64,000 nucleotides of DNA from Bacteroidales bacterium (GTDB lineage Bacteria > Bacteroidota > Bacteroidia > Bacteroidales > UBA3663). The notes below the pieces were generated by a model that did no database searches, was not told the origin of the DNA, and saw only the letters and a list, made by a program, of their open reading frames with translations. Location: contig JAFZTS010000037.1 in the NCBI GenBank assembly GCA_017618715.1, positions 11,849 to 75,848 on the forward strand. Reading direction: 5' to 3'. Positions 8,024-17,602 of the stretch are shown one piece after another (positions within the stretch are counted from its first letter, which is position 1; every line of letters starts with the position of its first letter). A program made the translations under genes and the position numbers.

Positions 8024-10066
8024 ATGAAACGACAAATACTGATTATCGCTTTGTTGGCTACATGTTCGATTGCAGTCTTTGCACAGGGAGCCAAGGACAA
8101 ATACTTCAAAACCAGGGCCGCTGCCGATTCTGCTTATCACCATTGGGAAGAGGAACCCGTATGGATGGAGCAGGTGGTCGTGACAGGCACACGTACTCCG
8201 AAGAGCTTGAAGGATGTGCCCATACAGACGCGTCTTATCACGGCTCAGGATATCCAGAAAGTCGATGCGACCAACGTGGAAGACCTGCTTCAACAGGAGA
8301 TGCCCGGTGTGGAGTTCAGTTATGCCATGAACCAGCAGACCCACCTCAATTTCTCGGGTTTCGGTGGACAAAACGTGCTATTTCTCGTCGATGGAGAACG
8401 CCTGGCGGGAGAGACGATGGACGACGTAGATTTCACACGCCTCAACATGGCGAGTGTAGAGCGCATCGAGATAGTAAAGGGTGCAGCTTCCGCACTCTAT
8501 GGGTCGAGTGCAGCAGGTGGCGTGATCAATATCATCACCAAGGAACCGACAAAACCTTGGACACTCAATGTCAATACCCGCGTCTCGAAACACAACGAGT
8601 GGCGCTATGGGGCATCGTTGGGGTTGAATGGGTATCGTCTGCAGAACATGCTTTCGTACAATGCGACCACCATCGACAACTATAACTTTACAAACGGACC
8701 GAAACCTTTGGCCAGGACCGTGGTTAACTTCTTCGGCGACAATACTTTCAACGTTAAGGACCAATTGATTTGGAGACCTGTTCAGAACTTCCGACTCACG
8801 ACCAAGGTCGGTTATTTCTTCCGTGAGCAGGTGCGCACAGAGAGTGTTCCCGAGCATTATCGCGACTTTATGGTAGGATTGCGTGGCAATTGGGACATCA
8901 CGAAGCAAGACAATCTGGAGGTGAGCTATCACTTCGATCAGTACGACAAGTCGGACTTCCGCAAACTCGATGACCTCGAAGTACGCGATTACTCCAATGT
9001 ACAGAATTCCCTTCGCACGCTGTATAATCATAGCTTCGAACGAGGTGATGTCCTTACCGTAGGAACCGACTACATGCACGACTATTTGATGAACCTCAAC
9101 TTCGCGGGTGGCACACGAGAGGAGGATTCATTCGACTTCTTCGCTCAATATGACTGGGAAGCCTCCGACAAGTTGGAGGTGGTCAGTGCCTTGCGATATG
9201 ACTATTTCAGCGATGGCGACCAGCATCGTCTGACGCCTAAGTTGTCGGCTCGTTATCAGCCCATCAGCAGCTTGAATCTGCGTGCCAGCTACGGCATGGG
9301 ATTCCGTGCTCCGAAACTCAAGGAGAAATACTACAACTTCGACATGGCAGGCATCTGGATCATCCAAGGTTACGAAGGGTTGAAGTCAGAATTGAGCCAT
9401 AACTTCAATGCCTCGGTCGAGTATTCCAAACGCCACTATAATATAACGCTTGGTGGCTACTACAATGATGTTGAGAATCGTATTGCTACGGGATCTCCAT
9501 ACGTCGATGCAACAATCGACCCCACTCGTCCCGACCAACTCTATCTAAGCTATATCAATTTGAAGAACTATTCGACCTTCGGTTTCGACATGACCGCACA
9601 GGTCAAGTGGGAAAACGGAGTGGGAGTGAAGTTGAGCTATGCATTCGTGCATGAGGAGTTACCCCACGACGATCAGGGCGAGTCAATCAACAACCAGTAT
9701 ATTCCTGCCCGTTCGCATTCGCTGACGGCGCGTTGCGAATGGGATAGGCAGTTCACGGCACGTTATGGTCTGAATGTTTCGTTCAGTGGTCGTGCAATGA
9801 GCGGGGTTGATAATGACGAGTATGTCGATTATCGCACGAAGGACGCCAATGGCCATCTTTTGAAACGAACAATACATTACAATCCTTACTCAATCTGGAA
9901 GCTGTCGTTGGCCCAGCGCATCGGTCCAGCTATTCGGTTTACAATAGCTGCTGAGAACGTCTTCAACTACAAGCCCGACTACTACTATCTCAATGCTCCA
10001 CTGACCGACGGCATTTCCTTGCAGGTAGGTATGAGCATCGATGTCGAGAAGTTGTTCGAGAAGTGA
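8024..10066 (+). CDS. TonB-dependent outer-membrane receptor (HmuR-like position)
   Basis: The start was moved to the ATG at 8024 (MKRQILIIALLATCSIAVFAQ, a signal peptide). Plug-domain motifs are VVVTGTRTPKSLKDVPIQT and IEIVKGAASALYGSSAAGGVINIIT. There is a beta-barrel with a FRAP box. The track ORF 7775-10066 has an N-terminal extension that overlaps hmuY. Confidence 0.88.
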   Translation: MKRQILIIALLATCSIAVFAQGAKDKYFKTRAAADSAYHHWEEEPVWMEQVVVTGTRTPKSLKDVPIQTRLITAQDIQKVDATNVEDLLQQEMPGVEFSYAMNQQTHLNFSGFGGQNVLFLVDGERLAGETMDDVDFTRLNMASVERIEIVKGAASALYGSSAAGGVINIITKEPTKPWTLNVNTRVSKHNEWRYGASLGLNGYRLQNMLSYNATTIDNYNFTNGPKPLARTVVNFFGDNTFNVKDQLIWRPVQNFRLTTKVGYFFREQVRTESVPEHYRDFMVGLRGNWDITKQDNLEVSYHFDQYDKSDFRKLDDLEVRDYSNVQNSLRTLYNHSFERGDVLTVGTDYMHDYLMNLNFAGGTREEDSFDFFAQYDWEASDKLEVVSALRYDYFSDGDQHRLTPKLSARYQPISSLNLRASYGMGFRAPKLKEKYYNFDMAGIWIIQGYEGLKSELSHNFNASVEYSKRHYNITLGGYYNDVENRIATGSPYVDATIDPTRPDQLYLSYINLKNYSTFGFDMTAQVKWENGVGVKLSYAFVHEELPHDDQGESINNQYIPARSHSLTARCEWDRQFTARYGLNVSFSGRAMSGVDNDEYVDYRTKDANGHLLKRTIHYNPYSIWKLSLAQRIGPAIRFTIAAENVFNYKPDYYYLNAPLTDGISLQVGMSIDVEKLFEK

Positions 10067-10145
10067 ATTTAGTCTTCTCCAATTGTCTATTTCGGCCAAT
10101 AAAAGGTTTGAAATGAATCCGCAAAGCAGATTTTCGAGTCGAAAT

Positions 10146-10176
10146 TTTGTTTTGCGGTTTTTTTATTGTATATTTG
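10146..10176 (+). promoter_or_regulatory. Candidate Bacteroidetes promoter (-33 TTTG at 10146-10149; -7 TATATTTG at 10169-10176) for the GH3 gene
   Basis: 19-nt spacing, consistent with the TTTG-N19-21-TAnnTTTG consensus, and 31 nt upstream of the ATG at 10207. Confidence 0.45.
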
Positions 10177-10206
10177 CCCCAAATTTACTTTATTAATAAT
10201 AACGCG

Positions 10207-12873
10207 ATGAAATACAAATGTCTCACGATGCTGGCACTTGCCGGCCTTTGCAGCTTCGGTGTGGCCGAGGCCAAGAAAACTTTACCTTATCAGAATCCCG
10301 ATCTTTCGGCCGAGGTGCGTGCCAAGGACCTCTTGGGCCGTCTTTCCCTTGAACAGAAAGTCACCCTGATGATGAACGACGGTCGTGCCATCCCTGAGCT
10401 GGGTATTCAGGAATACAACTGGTGGAGCGAGGCTTTGCATGGTGCAGCCCGTAGTGGACTGGCCACCGTCTTCCCTCAGGCTATCGGCATGGCAGCATCT
10501 TTCGACCCCGATCTTTTGCAACAAGTGATGGACATTGCCAGTTCCGAACAACGCATCAAGTATATCCAGGCTCGTCGTGCGGGATTAGTGAAGCGTTATA
10601 GCGGATTGACGGTCTGGACACCCAACATCAATATCTTCCGTGACCCGCGTTGGGGACGTGGACAGGAAACCTACGGCGAGGATCCTTTCCTGACCCGAAT
10701 GATGGGTTATGCAGTTGTCATGGGCTTGCAGGGAGAACTCGAGCAGAAGGTCTATGAATACGCTGGCGTAGGCAAGTGGCGTCCATACGACAAGCTGCAC
10801 GCTTGTCTCAAGCATTATGCCGTGCACAGCGGCCCTGAATACGAGCGCCACAAGTTCAATGCCGCCAATATCAGCCAACGTGACCTTGCTGAAACCTATC
10901 TCTATGCATTCGAGAATATTGTCAAGACCACCGATGTGCACGAAGTAATGTGCGCCTACAATGCCTATGAGGGCAAACCATGTTGCGGCTCCGACCAGCT
11001 TCTTACTCAGATTTTACGCAATGAGTGGGGCTACAAGGGCATCGTTGTAAGCGACTGTGGAGCCATCAACGACTTCTATTCGCCTCGATACGAGAACCAC
11101 CAGATTTTCCCAGGCGATGCTGCAGCTTCTGCGGCCAATGCTGTGCTGAGTGGCACCGATGTGGAGTGCGGTAGTGTTTATCAGAACCTTACGGAGGCTG
11201 TCAGTCGTGGAGCCATAAGGGAAGCCGATATCGACGTGTCTGTATTGCGTCTGCTGACCGACCGTTTTCGTTTAGGCGAGATGGATCCCGACGAAATCGT
11301 TTCATGGAACTACATTCCTGAATCTTATTTAGCCAACGAGGAGAGCGATCAAGTGGCTCTTCAGATGGCTCGCGAATCGATGGTTTTGCTTAAGAACGAC
11401 GGCAACCTGCTCCCTCTGAAAGGCAAGAGGATTGCTGTGATCGGCGCCAATGCCATCGACAGTGTAGCCCAGTGGGGCAATTACTACGGTACTCCTCGTC
11501 ACACGGTGACCGTTCTCGATGCCATGCGTCAGACCTTTGGCCCTACCAACGTTACTTATACACGTGGCTCCAGCCTTGTCACCGACGATGTCTTCGAAAG
11601 TGCTTTCAGCCAATGTACCGGCTTGAACGGACAGAAGGGCTTCACGGTGAAGTACTGGAACAACCTCAAGAAGGAGGGCGAACCTGCAGTAGTACAAGAT
11701 CTCACATCACCTTGGCAACTCTGCACGGGTGGAAATACAGTTTTTGCTCCAGGCGTGAACCTTCGTGATTTCTCGGCCGAGTATGTCGCCACGTTCCATG
11801 CCGACAAAGACCAGCAGATTGTGCTCGACGGATTCATCTGCGGAGAGGGCTGCTACCTCGTCAATGGCGATACCGTGCAAACCTTCCGTACAGCTCATGG
11901 TCCGCGCCCCTTCAATAAGACCATCGACGTGGAAGCTGGCAAGGATTACCGCATCGTGATCGACTGGACTTACATTGCCGATGATGCGCAAATCAATTTC
12001 GATCTGGGTGTCTTCAATCCCGTAGATTATGATAAACTCGTCGCCGACACGCAGGATGCCGATGTCTATGTCTATGTGGGTGGTATTTCTCCGAAGCTCG
12101 AAGGTGAGGAGATGAAGGTGCCCTACGAAGGTTTCCGTGGTGGTGATCGCACCAGCATCCAGTTACCCAAAGTGCAGCGCGAGACTCTTAAGAAACTGCA
12201 TGAGACTGGCAAGCCCGTGGTATTCGTTTGTATGAGTGGCTCGGCCATAGGCCTCGAACCTGAAACCAAGACTTGCGATGCCATCCTCCAGGCATGGTAT
12301 GGCGGTCAGCAGGGCGGTCAGGCTGTGGCTGATGTCCTTTCGGGTGCTTACAATCCCGCAGGTCGTCTTCCAATCACCTTCTATCGAAGCGAAGACGAAC
12401 TGCCCGACTTCGGCGACTACAACATGAAGGGGCATACTTATCGTTACTTCAAGGGTGAGCCTCTCTTTGCCTTTGGCGAGGGCATGAGCTATAGCACCTT
12501 CAAATATCTTGGTTCCCGTTTGCGCAGTACAACCGCCAGAGTCGATGCTGACGTGGTTCAGCTTGGTTATTCGCTGATCGTCTCGGTGAAAAATACCAGC
12601 CAACGTGATGGCGAGGAGGTTGTTCAGGTCTATCTGAAGAACAACAATGATGCAGAGGGTCCGAATCTTGCCCTCCGTGGATTCAAACGCGTCTTCATCA
12701 AGGCTGGCGAGACCGTCGAAGTGGAAATTCCCATCGAGGATTTTCGTACATACAATCCCCAAACGTGCAAGATGGAGCTTGTTCCCGGCGAATATTCCCT
12801 CTTCTTTGGACCAAGTAGCCGCAAGAGGGATTTGCGCGAGATTAAATTCACTTTGGGTGAAAATAAAAAGTGA
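10207..12873 (+). CDS. Glycoside hydrolase family 3 (beta-glucosidase/beta-xylosidase type) with an inserted PA14-like domain
   Basis: The start was set at MKYKCLTMLALAGLCSFGVAEA (signal peptide). GH3 motifs are GRAIPELGI, NIFRDPRWGRGQETYGEDP and GIVVSDCGA. The insert GFTVKYWNN...GKDYRIVIDW is PA14-like. There is also a C-terminal FnIII-like domain. Confidence 0.88.
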   Translation: MKYKCLTMLALAGLCSFGVAEAKKTLPYQNPDLSAEVRAKDLLGRLSLEQKVTLMMNDGRAIPELGIQEYNWWSEALHGAARSGLATVFPQAIGMAASFDPDLLQQVMDIASSEQRIKYIQARRAGLVKRYSGLTVWTPNINIFRDPRWGRGQETYGEDPFLTRMMGYAVVMGLQGELEQKVYEYAGVGKWRPYDKLHACLKHYAVHSGPEYERHKFNAANISQRDLAETYLYAFENIVKTTDVHEVMCAYNAYEGKPCCGSDQLLTQILRNEWGYKGIVVSDCGAINDFYSPRYENHQIFPGDAAASAANAVLSGTDVECGSVYQNLTEAVSRGAIREADIDVSVLRLLTDRFRLGEMDPDEIVSWNYIPESYLANEESDQVALQMARESMVLLKNDGNLLPLKGKRIAVIGANAIDSVAQWGNYYGTPRHTVTVLDAMRQTFGPTNVTYTRGSSLVTDDVFESAFSQCTGLNGQKGFTVKYWNNLKKEGEPAVVQDLTSPWQLCTGGNTVFAPGVNLRDFSAEYVATFHADKDQQIVLDGFICGEGCYLVNGDTVQTFRTAHGPRPFNKTIDVEAGKDYRIVIDWTYIADDAQINFDLGVFNPVDYDKLVADTQDADVYVYVGGISPKLEGEEMKVPYEGFRGGDRTSIQLPKVQRETLKKLHETGKPVVFVCMSGSAIGLEPETKTCDAILQAWYGGQQGGQAVADVLSGAYNPAGRLPITFYRSEDELPDFGDYNMKGHTYRYFKGEPLFAFGEGMSYSTFKYLGSRLRSTTARVDADVVQLGYSLIVSVKNTSQRDGEEVVQVYLKNNNDAEGPNLALRGFKRVFIKAGETVEVEIPIEDFRTYNPQTCKMELVPGEYSLFFGPSSRKRDLREIKFTLGENKK

Positions 12874-12883
12874 TTAAAGAGAA

Positions 12884-13987
12884 GTGAACAGTCTTTTAGA
12901 AAAACTGGATGGCCTAAAGAGTCGGTTCGAGGAGGTTTCGCTTCTCGTGACCGACCCCAATGTCATTGCCGACCAGCAACGATACGTCAAGTTAACACGC
13001 GAATACCGCGAGCTCGAGCATATTCTTCAAGCTCGCAAGGAATATGTCGATGCCCTGTCGGGGCGTGACGAGGCACGCGAACTCATGCAGACCGAGGACG
13101 ATCCTGAAATGAAGGAGATGGCGCGTGAGCAACTGCAGGAGTGCGAGGCTCGTATCCCCGAACTCGAAGAGAAGATCAAGATGCTCCTCGTTCCCAAAGA
13201 TCCCGAGGATTCGAAAAATGCTGTGCTCGAGATACGAGGCGGTACGGGTGGTGATGAGGCTGCACTTTTTGCCGGCGACCTTTTCAAGATGTACCAGCGT
13301 TTCTGCGAGTCGAAGGGCTGGACGCTCTCCGTGCAGTCGTGCAGCGAAGGTGCCGTGGGCGGCTTCAAAGAGATTATCTGTATGGTGACCGGTGATTCGG
13401 TCTATGGAACCTTGAAGTACGAGTCGGGTGTGCATCGCGTACAGCGCGTGCCCGTCACTGAGACCCAGGGACGTGTCCATACGTCGGCTGCCACGGTGGC
13501 TGTGCTGCCTGAAGCCGACGAGTTCGAGGTTCACATCAACGAAGGCGAGATTAAGTGGGACACTTTCCGTAGTTCGGGAGCCGGCGGACAGAATGTCAAC
13601 AAGGTGGAGTCGGGTGTGCGTTTACGCTATATGTGGAAGAACCCCAATACTGGTGTTGTCGATGAGATTCTTATCGAATGTACTGAGACGCGCGACCAAC
13701 CGAAGAACAAGGAACGTGCTCTTTCTCGTCTGCGCTCCTATATCTACGACAAGGAGCATCAGAAGTATGTCGATGATATCGCCAACCGTCGCAAGACGCT
13801 TGTTTCGACGGGCGACCGCAGCGCGAAGATTCGCACCTACAATTTCCCGCAGGGACGTGTCACCGACCATCGCATCAATTATACGATTTACAATCTTCCC
13901 GCTTTCATGAACGGCGATATCCAGGATTGCATCGACCACCTCATCGTGGCCGAGAACGCAGAAAGAATGAAGGAGAGCGAGTTGTGA
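12884..13987 (+). CDS. prfA: Peptide chain release factor 1
   Basis: Has the GGQ motif (SSGAGGQNVNKVESGVRL) and the RF1-type tripeptide region RVQRVPVTETQGRVHTSAATV. GTG start at 12884 according to the ORF track. Confidence 0.92.
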   Translation: MNSLLEKLDGLKSRFEEVSLLVTDPNVIADQQRYVKLTREYRELEHILQARKEYVDALSGRDEARELMQTEDDPEMKEMAREQLQECEARIPELEEKIKMLLVPKDPEDSKNAVLEIRGGTGGDEAALFAGDLFKMYQRFCESKGWTLSVQSCSEGAVGGFKEIICMVTGDSVYGTLKYESGVHRVQRVPVTETQGRVHTSAATVAVLPEADEFEVHINEGEIKWDTFRSSGAGGQNVNKVESGVRLRYMWKNPNTGVVDEILIECTETRDQPKNKERALSRLRSYIYDKEHQKYVDDIANRRKTLVSTGDRSAKIRTYNFPQGRVTDHRINYTIYNLPAFMNGDIQDCIDHLIVAENAERMKESEL

Positions 13988-13991
13988 CCCC

Positions 13992-14027
13992 TTCAAACCC
14001 CTTAAACTCCTCAAACCCCTCATACCC
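13992..14027. repeat. 4 x 9-bp tandem repeat (TTCAAACCC CTTAAACTC CTCAAACCC CTCATACCC) in the prfA-HAD spacer
   Basis: Counted by hand. It begins 5 nt after the prfA stop. The reverse complement of unit 1 (GGGTTTGAA) is identical to a unit inside folP. Confidence 0.85.
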
Positions 14028-14039
14028 ATTAGAAAAATA

Positions 14040-14723
14040 ATGATCAAAAATATAATATTCGACTTTGGTGGCGTATTGCTCGACCTTCGTCCCGACCGTT
14101 GCATTGCAGAATACAAGAAGATCGGTATCCCCGAGATTGAACAGATGTTGAGTCTTGCCCACCAGCAGGGTGTACTCGATGGCATGGAGCGTGGCCAATA
14201 CACGCTCGAAGCATTCTGCGATGCAATGCGCGCTGCTCACACCGGCGCTTTTGAGCGAACGGGAAAGTTTCGCAGCATGATGCCTTTCATGAAGGACGGT
14301 TATCCTATTCCTGCCCCTACCAATCGTCAGATTGTTCAGGCTTTCAGCTCGATGTGCGATGGCATCCCTGCCTATCGCCTCGATTTCGTCAAACAATTGA
14401 AGAAGGAAGGCTTCCGAGTAAGTGCACTCTCCAACACCAATACGATCCACTGGGATTACTGCCTGCGCTACTTCATCGAGGCAGGGTATGATCCAAGTGA
14501 GTTGTTCGAATACACGTGGCTCTCATACGAGATGCATCTTGTCAAGCCTGATCCCGAGATCTTTAAGGCCATCCTCGACGAGTCGGGCTATCTGCCTGAA
14601 GAGACACTTTTTGTCGATGACAACAAGCACAACTGCGAGGTTGCAGAGTCGTTCGGCATTAGCACTTACTGTCCACCGATTCGCAGTGACTGGACCGTTC
14701 AAATACGACAGTATCTGAGATAA
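14040..14723 (+). CDS. HAD-superfamily hydrolase
   Basis: Motif I-like IIFDFGGVLLDL, LSNTN, and a C-terminal FVDDNKHNCEVAESFG. Confidence 0.7.
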   Translation: MIKNIIFDFGGVLLDLRPDRCIAEYKKIGIPEIEQMLSLAHQQGVLDGMERGQYTLEAFCDAMRAAHTGAFERTGKFRSMMPFMKDGYPIPAPTNRQIVQAFSSMCDGIPAYRLDFVKQLKKEGFRVSALSNTNTIHWDYCLRYFIEAGYDPSELFEYTWLSYEMHLVKPDPEIFKAILDESGYLPEETLFVDDNKHNCEVAESFGISTYCPPIRSDWTVQIRQYLR

Positions 14724-14756
14724 CCCCTCTTAATCCTTCAGCCTCATAATTACCCA

Positions 14757-15704
14757 ATGTCTGCTATTCTACCACAGCCACTCGGTGGCATTATTCCTCC
14801 ACTCGTCACTCCACTCAAGGACAACGAGACGCTTGACATTGCATCGCTCGAACGGCTGATCAATCACCTCGTTTATGGCGGTGTGCATGGCCTGTTTGTC
14901 CTGGGCACGACAGGCGAAGCACAATCGCTCTCCTACAAAGTGCGTCATCAGATGATTCGCGAGAGCTGTCGCATCAATGCCGGGCGACTCCCACTGCTTG
15001 CCTGCATTACCGATACCTCCATCGTCGAATCCATTAAGTTGGCCAATATTGCTGCCGAATGTGGAGCAGCGGGTCTCGTTTCCGCTCCGCCTTATTATTT
15101 CGCCACAGGTCAACCCGAACTGGCACAGTTCTACGAGGAGTTGGTGCCTCAGTTGCCCTTGCCGCTTTTCCTTTATAACATGCCCTCGCATGTAAAGGTC
15201 AACCTCGCACCCGACACTGTGGCACGTTTGGCTCAGATGCCGCAGGTGGTGGGTCTCAAGGACTCGTCGGCCAATGCCGTCTATTTCCAGAGCGTGACAT
15301 ACGCTGTTCGTCAGACGGGCCGAAAGGACTTTGCCATGTTGTGTGGACCCGAGGAGATTACGGGCGAATGTGTTCTGATGGGAGGCAATGGAGGCGTCAA
15401 TGGTGGTGCCAACATGTTCCCCGAACTCTATGTAGGTATGTACAATGCAGCCGAGCGTGGTGACCTCGTCGAACTGCGTCGTTTGCAGCAGTACATCATG
15501 CAGATTTCCTCGTCGATCTATAGCATCGGACATCATAGCTCCAGCTACCTCAAGGGCCTCAAGTGCGCTTGTTTGTTGCTCGGTGTCATCGATGACGATT
15601 TCGTGGCTTCGCCCTATTACAAGTTCAACCAACCCGAACGCGACAAGGTGCAGGCGGCGCTTGACCGCCTTCCCATCGTTGACGGTAAGCTGGATATTTT
15701 CTAA
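14757..15704 (+). CDS. Dihydrodipicolinate synthase-family (DapA/NanA-like) class I aldolase of unknown substrate
   Basis: Contains VLGTTGEAQSLS, LYNMPSHV and the Schiff-base lysine context VVGLKDSS. Confidence 0.8.
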   Translation: MSAILPQPLGGIIPPLVTPLKDNETLDIASLERLINHLVYGGVHGLFVLGTTGEAQSLSYKVRHQMIRESCRINAGRLPLLACITDTSIVESIKLANIAAECGAAGLVSAPPYYFATGQPELAQFYEELVPQLPLPLFLYNMPSHVKVNLAPDTVARLAQMPQVVGLKDSSANAVYFQSVTYAVRQTGRKDFAMLCGPEEITGECVLMGGNGGVNGGANMFPELYVGMYNAAERGDLVELRRLQQYIMQISSSIYSIGHHSSSYLKGLKCACLLLGVIDDDFVASPYYKFNQPERDKVQAALDRLPIVDGKLDIF

Positions 15705-17191
15705 TGAATATAATCGATTTCATCGTCTTCCTCGTCTTCACCGGCGGTATTGTCCTCTATGGATGCAGTTTCTTCGACAAAAAGGCTTCGTCGAAGGACT
15801 TCACCACAGCGGGCAAGAGCATTCCAGGGTGGGTGGTAGGCATGAGTATCTTTTCGACATACGTCAGCTCCATCAGTTACCTGGGCAATCCCGGCAAGTC
15901 GTATGCAGGCGATTGGAATCCATTTGTCTTCGGTCTTTCCATCCCCATCGCTTCCTACTTCGCCGCCAAGTACTTTGTACCTTTCTACCGCACGGGAGGG
16001 TCGGTGAGCGCCTATTCCTTCCTCGAAGATCGTTTTGGCGCTTGGGCGCGTTTCTATGCTTCGGCCTGCTATCTGCTTACCCAGATTGCTCGCATGGGCT
16101 CCATCCTGTTCCTGTTGGCCATGCCCATGAACATCCTGATGGGTTGGGATCTGCGCACCGTTATCATCATCACTTCAGCAGCCATCATCATCTATTCGAT
16201 GCTGGGAGGCATGAAGGCGGTGATTTGGACCGAGGCCATTCAGGGCTTCATTCTCATTGGTGGAGCATTGATTTGCCTTGGCGTGCTGCTCTTTTCGATG
16301 CCCGAGGGGCCGATGCAGACTTTCCGAATCGGATTCAGTACTTTGGATGAATTCGGGCGCTCCAAGTTCTCGCTCGGTTCCTTCTCCCTCACAGATCTGC
16401 GCCATTCCACGTTCTGGGTATGCCTGATCTATGGCATCTTCATTAACCTGCAGAACTATGGCATTGACCAGAATTACGTCCAGCGCTATCATACGGCCAA
16501 GACCGAACGTGAGGCGAAGCATGCCGCGCTTTTCGGTGGTTGGCTTTTCATACCCGTCAGCGCCGTCTTCTTTCTCATCGGCACGTCACTCTTTGCCTAT
16601 TATCAGGTCATGCCCGATGCGCAGGTGACTGCCTTTGATGCGGCCAATAAACCCGACTATGTCTTCCCCTATTTCATGGTGAATGTGCTGCCTACAGGTT
16701 TGACGGGACTCCTCATCGCCTCGGTATTTGCCGCAGGTATGTCCACGGTGGCCACTTCGGTTACTTCGTGCTCGACGATTATTCTGACCGACAATTGGAC
16801 CCGTCTGCGCCACCACGTCGGTGATCGCGAAAAACTCATCGTGCTCAAGACCGGTTCGGTTGCCATTGGCACACTTGGCATCATCGTGGCTTTGGCACTC
16901 GTCAATGTCGATTCTATCCTTGATGCCTGGTGGAAGCTCTCTTCCATCTTCTCGGGCGGCATGCTTGGCCTCTTCCTTTTGGGTTATATGGCACGTCGTG
17001 TCAAGAACATTCATGCCCTGTTGGGTGTCATTTGCGGCTTTGCTGTCATCGCTTGGATTTCAGCTTGGAAATGGCTCGGATTGCCCGACCCTGGCCTTCA
17101 CGAGTATCTCGCCATTGTCCTTGGCACGATGACCATCTTCCTCGTTGGCTTCTTCCTTGCCCTCCTTTTCAATCGAAAGAATAATTGTTAA
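15704..17191 (+). CDS. Sodium:solute symporter (SSS) family transporter
   Basis: 495 aa, polytopic, with SSS-like motifs (GGMKAVIWTEAIQG, MSTVATS). Its ATG overlaps the aldolase stop codon (TAATG). Confidence 0.85.
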   Translation: MNIIDFIVFLVFTGGIVLYGCSFFDKKASSKDFTTAGKSIPGWVVGMSIFSTYVSSISYLGNPGKSYAGDWNPFVFGLSIPIASYFAAKYFVPFYRTGGSVSAYSFLEDRFGAWARFYASACYLLTQIARMGSILFLLAMPMNILMGWDLRTVIIITSAAIIIYSMLGGMKAVIWTEAIQGFILIGGALICLGVLLFSMPEGPMQTFRIGFSTLDEFGRSKFSLGSFSLTDLRHSTFWVCLIYGIFINLQNYGIDQNYVQRYHTAKTEREAKHAALFGGWLFIPVSAVFFLIGTSLFAYYQVMPDAQVTAFDAANKPDYVFPYFMVNVLPTGLTGLLIASVFAAGMSTVATSVTSCSTIILTDNWTRLRHHVGDREKLIVLKTGSVAIGTLGIIVALALVNVDSILDAWWKLSSIFSGGMLGLFLLGYMARRVKNIHALLGVICGFAVIAWISAWKWLGLPDPGLHEYLAIVLGTMTIFLVGFFLALLFNRKNNC

Positions 17192-17221
17192 TTGTTATTT
17201 GTTAATTGTTAATTGACAATG
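17187..17221. repeat. 5 x 7-bp tandem repeat (GTTAATT GTTATTT GTTAATT GTTAATT GACAATG)
   Basis: Counted by hand. It covers the symporter stop codon (17189-17191) and runs into the queD start. Confidence 0.85.
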
Positions 17222-17554
17222 TACTACGTCGAAAAAACCATGGAGATCTCAGGCTCACACTTCCTGAGACTCTCACATCAAAGCAAGTGTGAGAACCTGC
17301 ATGGCCACAATTGGCTTGTGAAGGTTTATTGTAAGTCGCGCGAACTGGATGAGGACGGCATGGTGGTCGATTTCACGGAGGTGAAACGTATCGTCCACGG
17401 CACACTCGACCATCAGGATCTCAACGCCGTTCTGCCGTTCAATCCCACGGCAGAGAACATCGCCCGCTGGATAGTTGACAAGGTGCCTCATTGCTACAAG
17501 GCTTCCGTACAGGAAAGCAGCGGCAATGTCGCCATCTACGAACGTGACGAATGA
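17219..17554 (+). CDS. queD: 6-carboxy-5,6,7,8-tetrahydropterin synthase
   Basis: Has the CENLHGHNW zinc/catalytic motif and the size typical of QueD. I prefer the ATG at 17219 over the TTG at 17213 given in the track. Confidence 0.88.
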   Translation: MYYVEKTMEISGSHFLRLSHQSKCENLHGHNWLVKVYCKSRELDEDGMVVDFTEVKRIVHGTLDHQDLNAVLPFNPTAENIARWIVDKVPHCYKASVQESSGNVAIYERDE

Positions 17555-17569
17555 CGAATAATGATAAAT

Positions 17570-17602
17570 TTAATTGTTAGTTAATTGAAAGTTAAAGAGA
17601 TT
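17570..17602. repeat. TTAATTG-containing short tandem tract (about 11-bp period: TTAATTGTTAG TTAATTGAAAG TTAAAGAGATT)
   Basis: Read directly. It contains the only possible start (TTG at 17585, preceded by an in-frame TAA) of queE. Confidence 0.7.

Noticed and set aside
12884-13987. Programmed +1 frameshift of a release-factor gene
   Set aside because: The protein carries the RF1-type PxT-region sequence (PVTETQGRVHTS) and is a single uninterrupted ORF. The frameshift is a feature of prfB (RF2), not prfA.
13941-14450. 169-aa minus-strand ORF overlapping the HAD hydrolase gene and the nonamer array
   Set aside because: It is antisense to a gene with a clear HAD motif. Its C-terminal FEEFKGFEG peptide is simply the translation of the 9-bp repeat.
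15445-16350. 301-aa alternative-frame ORF across the aldolase/symporter junction, and the 287-aa antisense ORF at 14769-15632
   Set aside because: Both overlap genes with clear family motifs and have low-complexity, Arg/Ser/His-rich translations.
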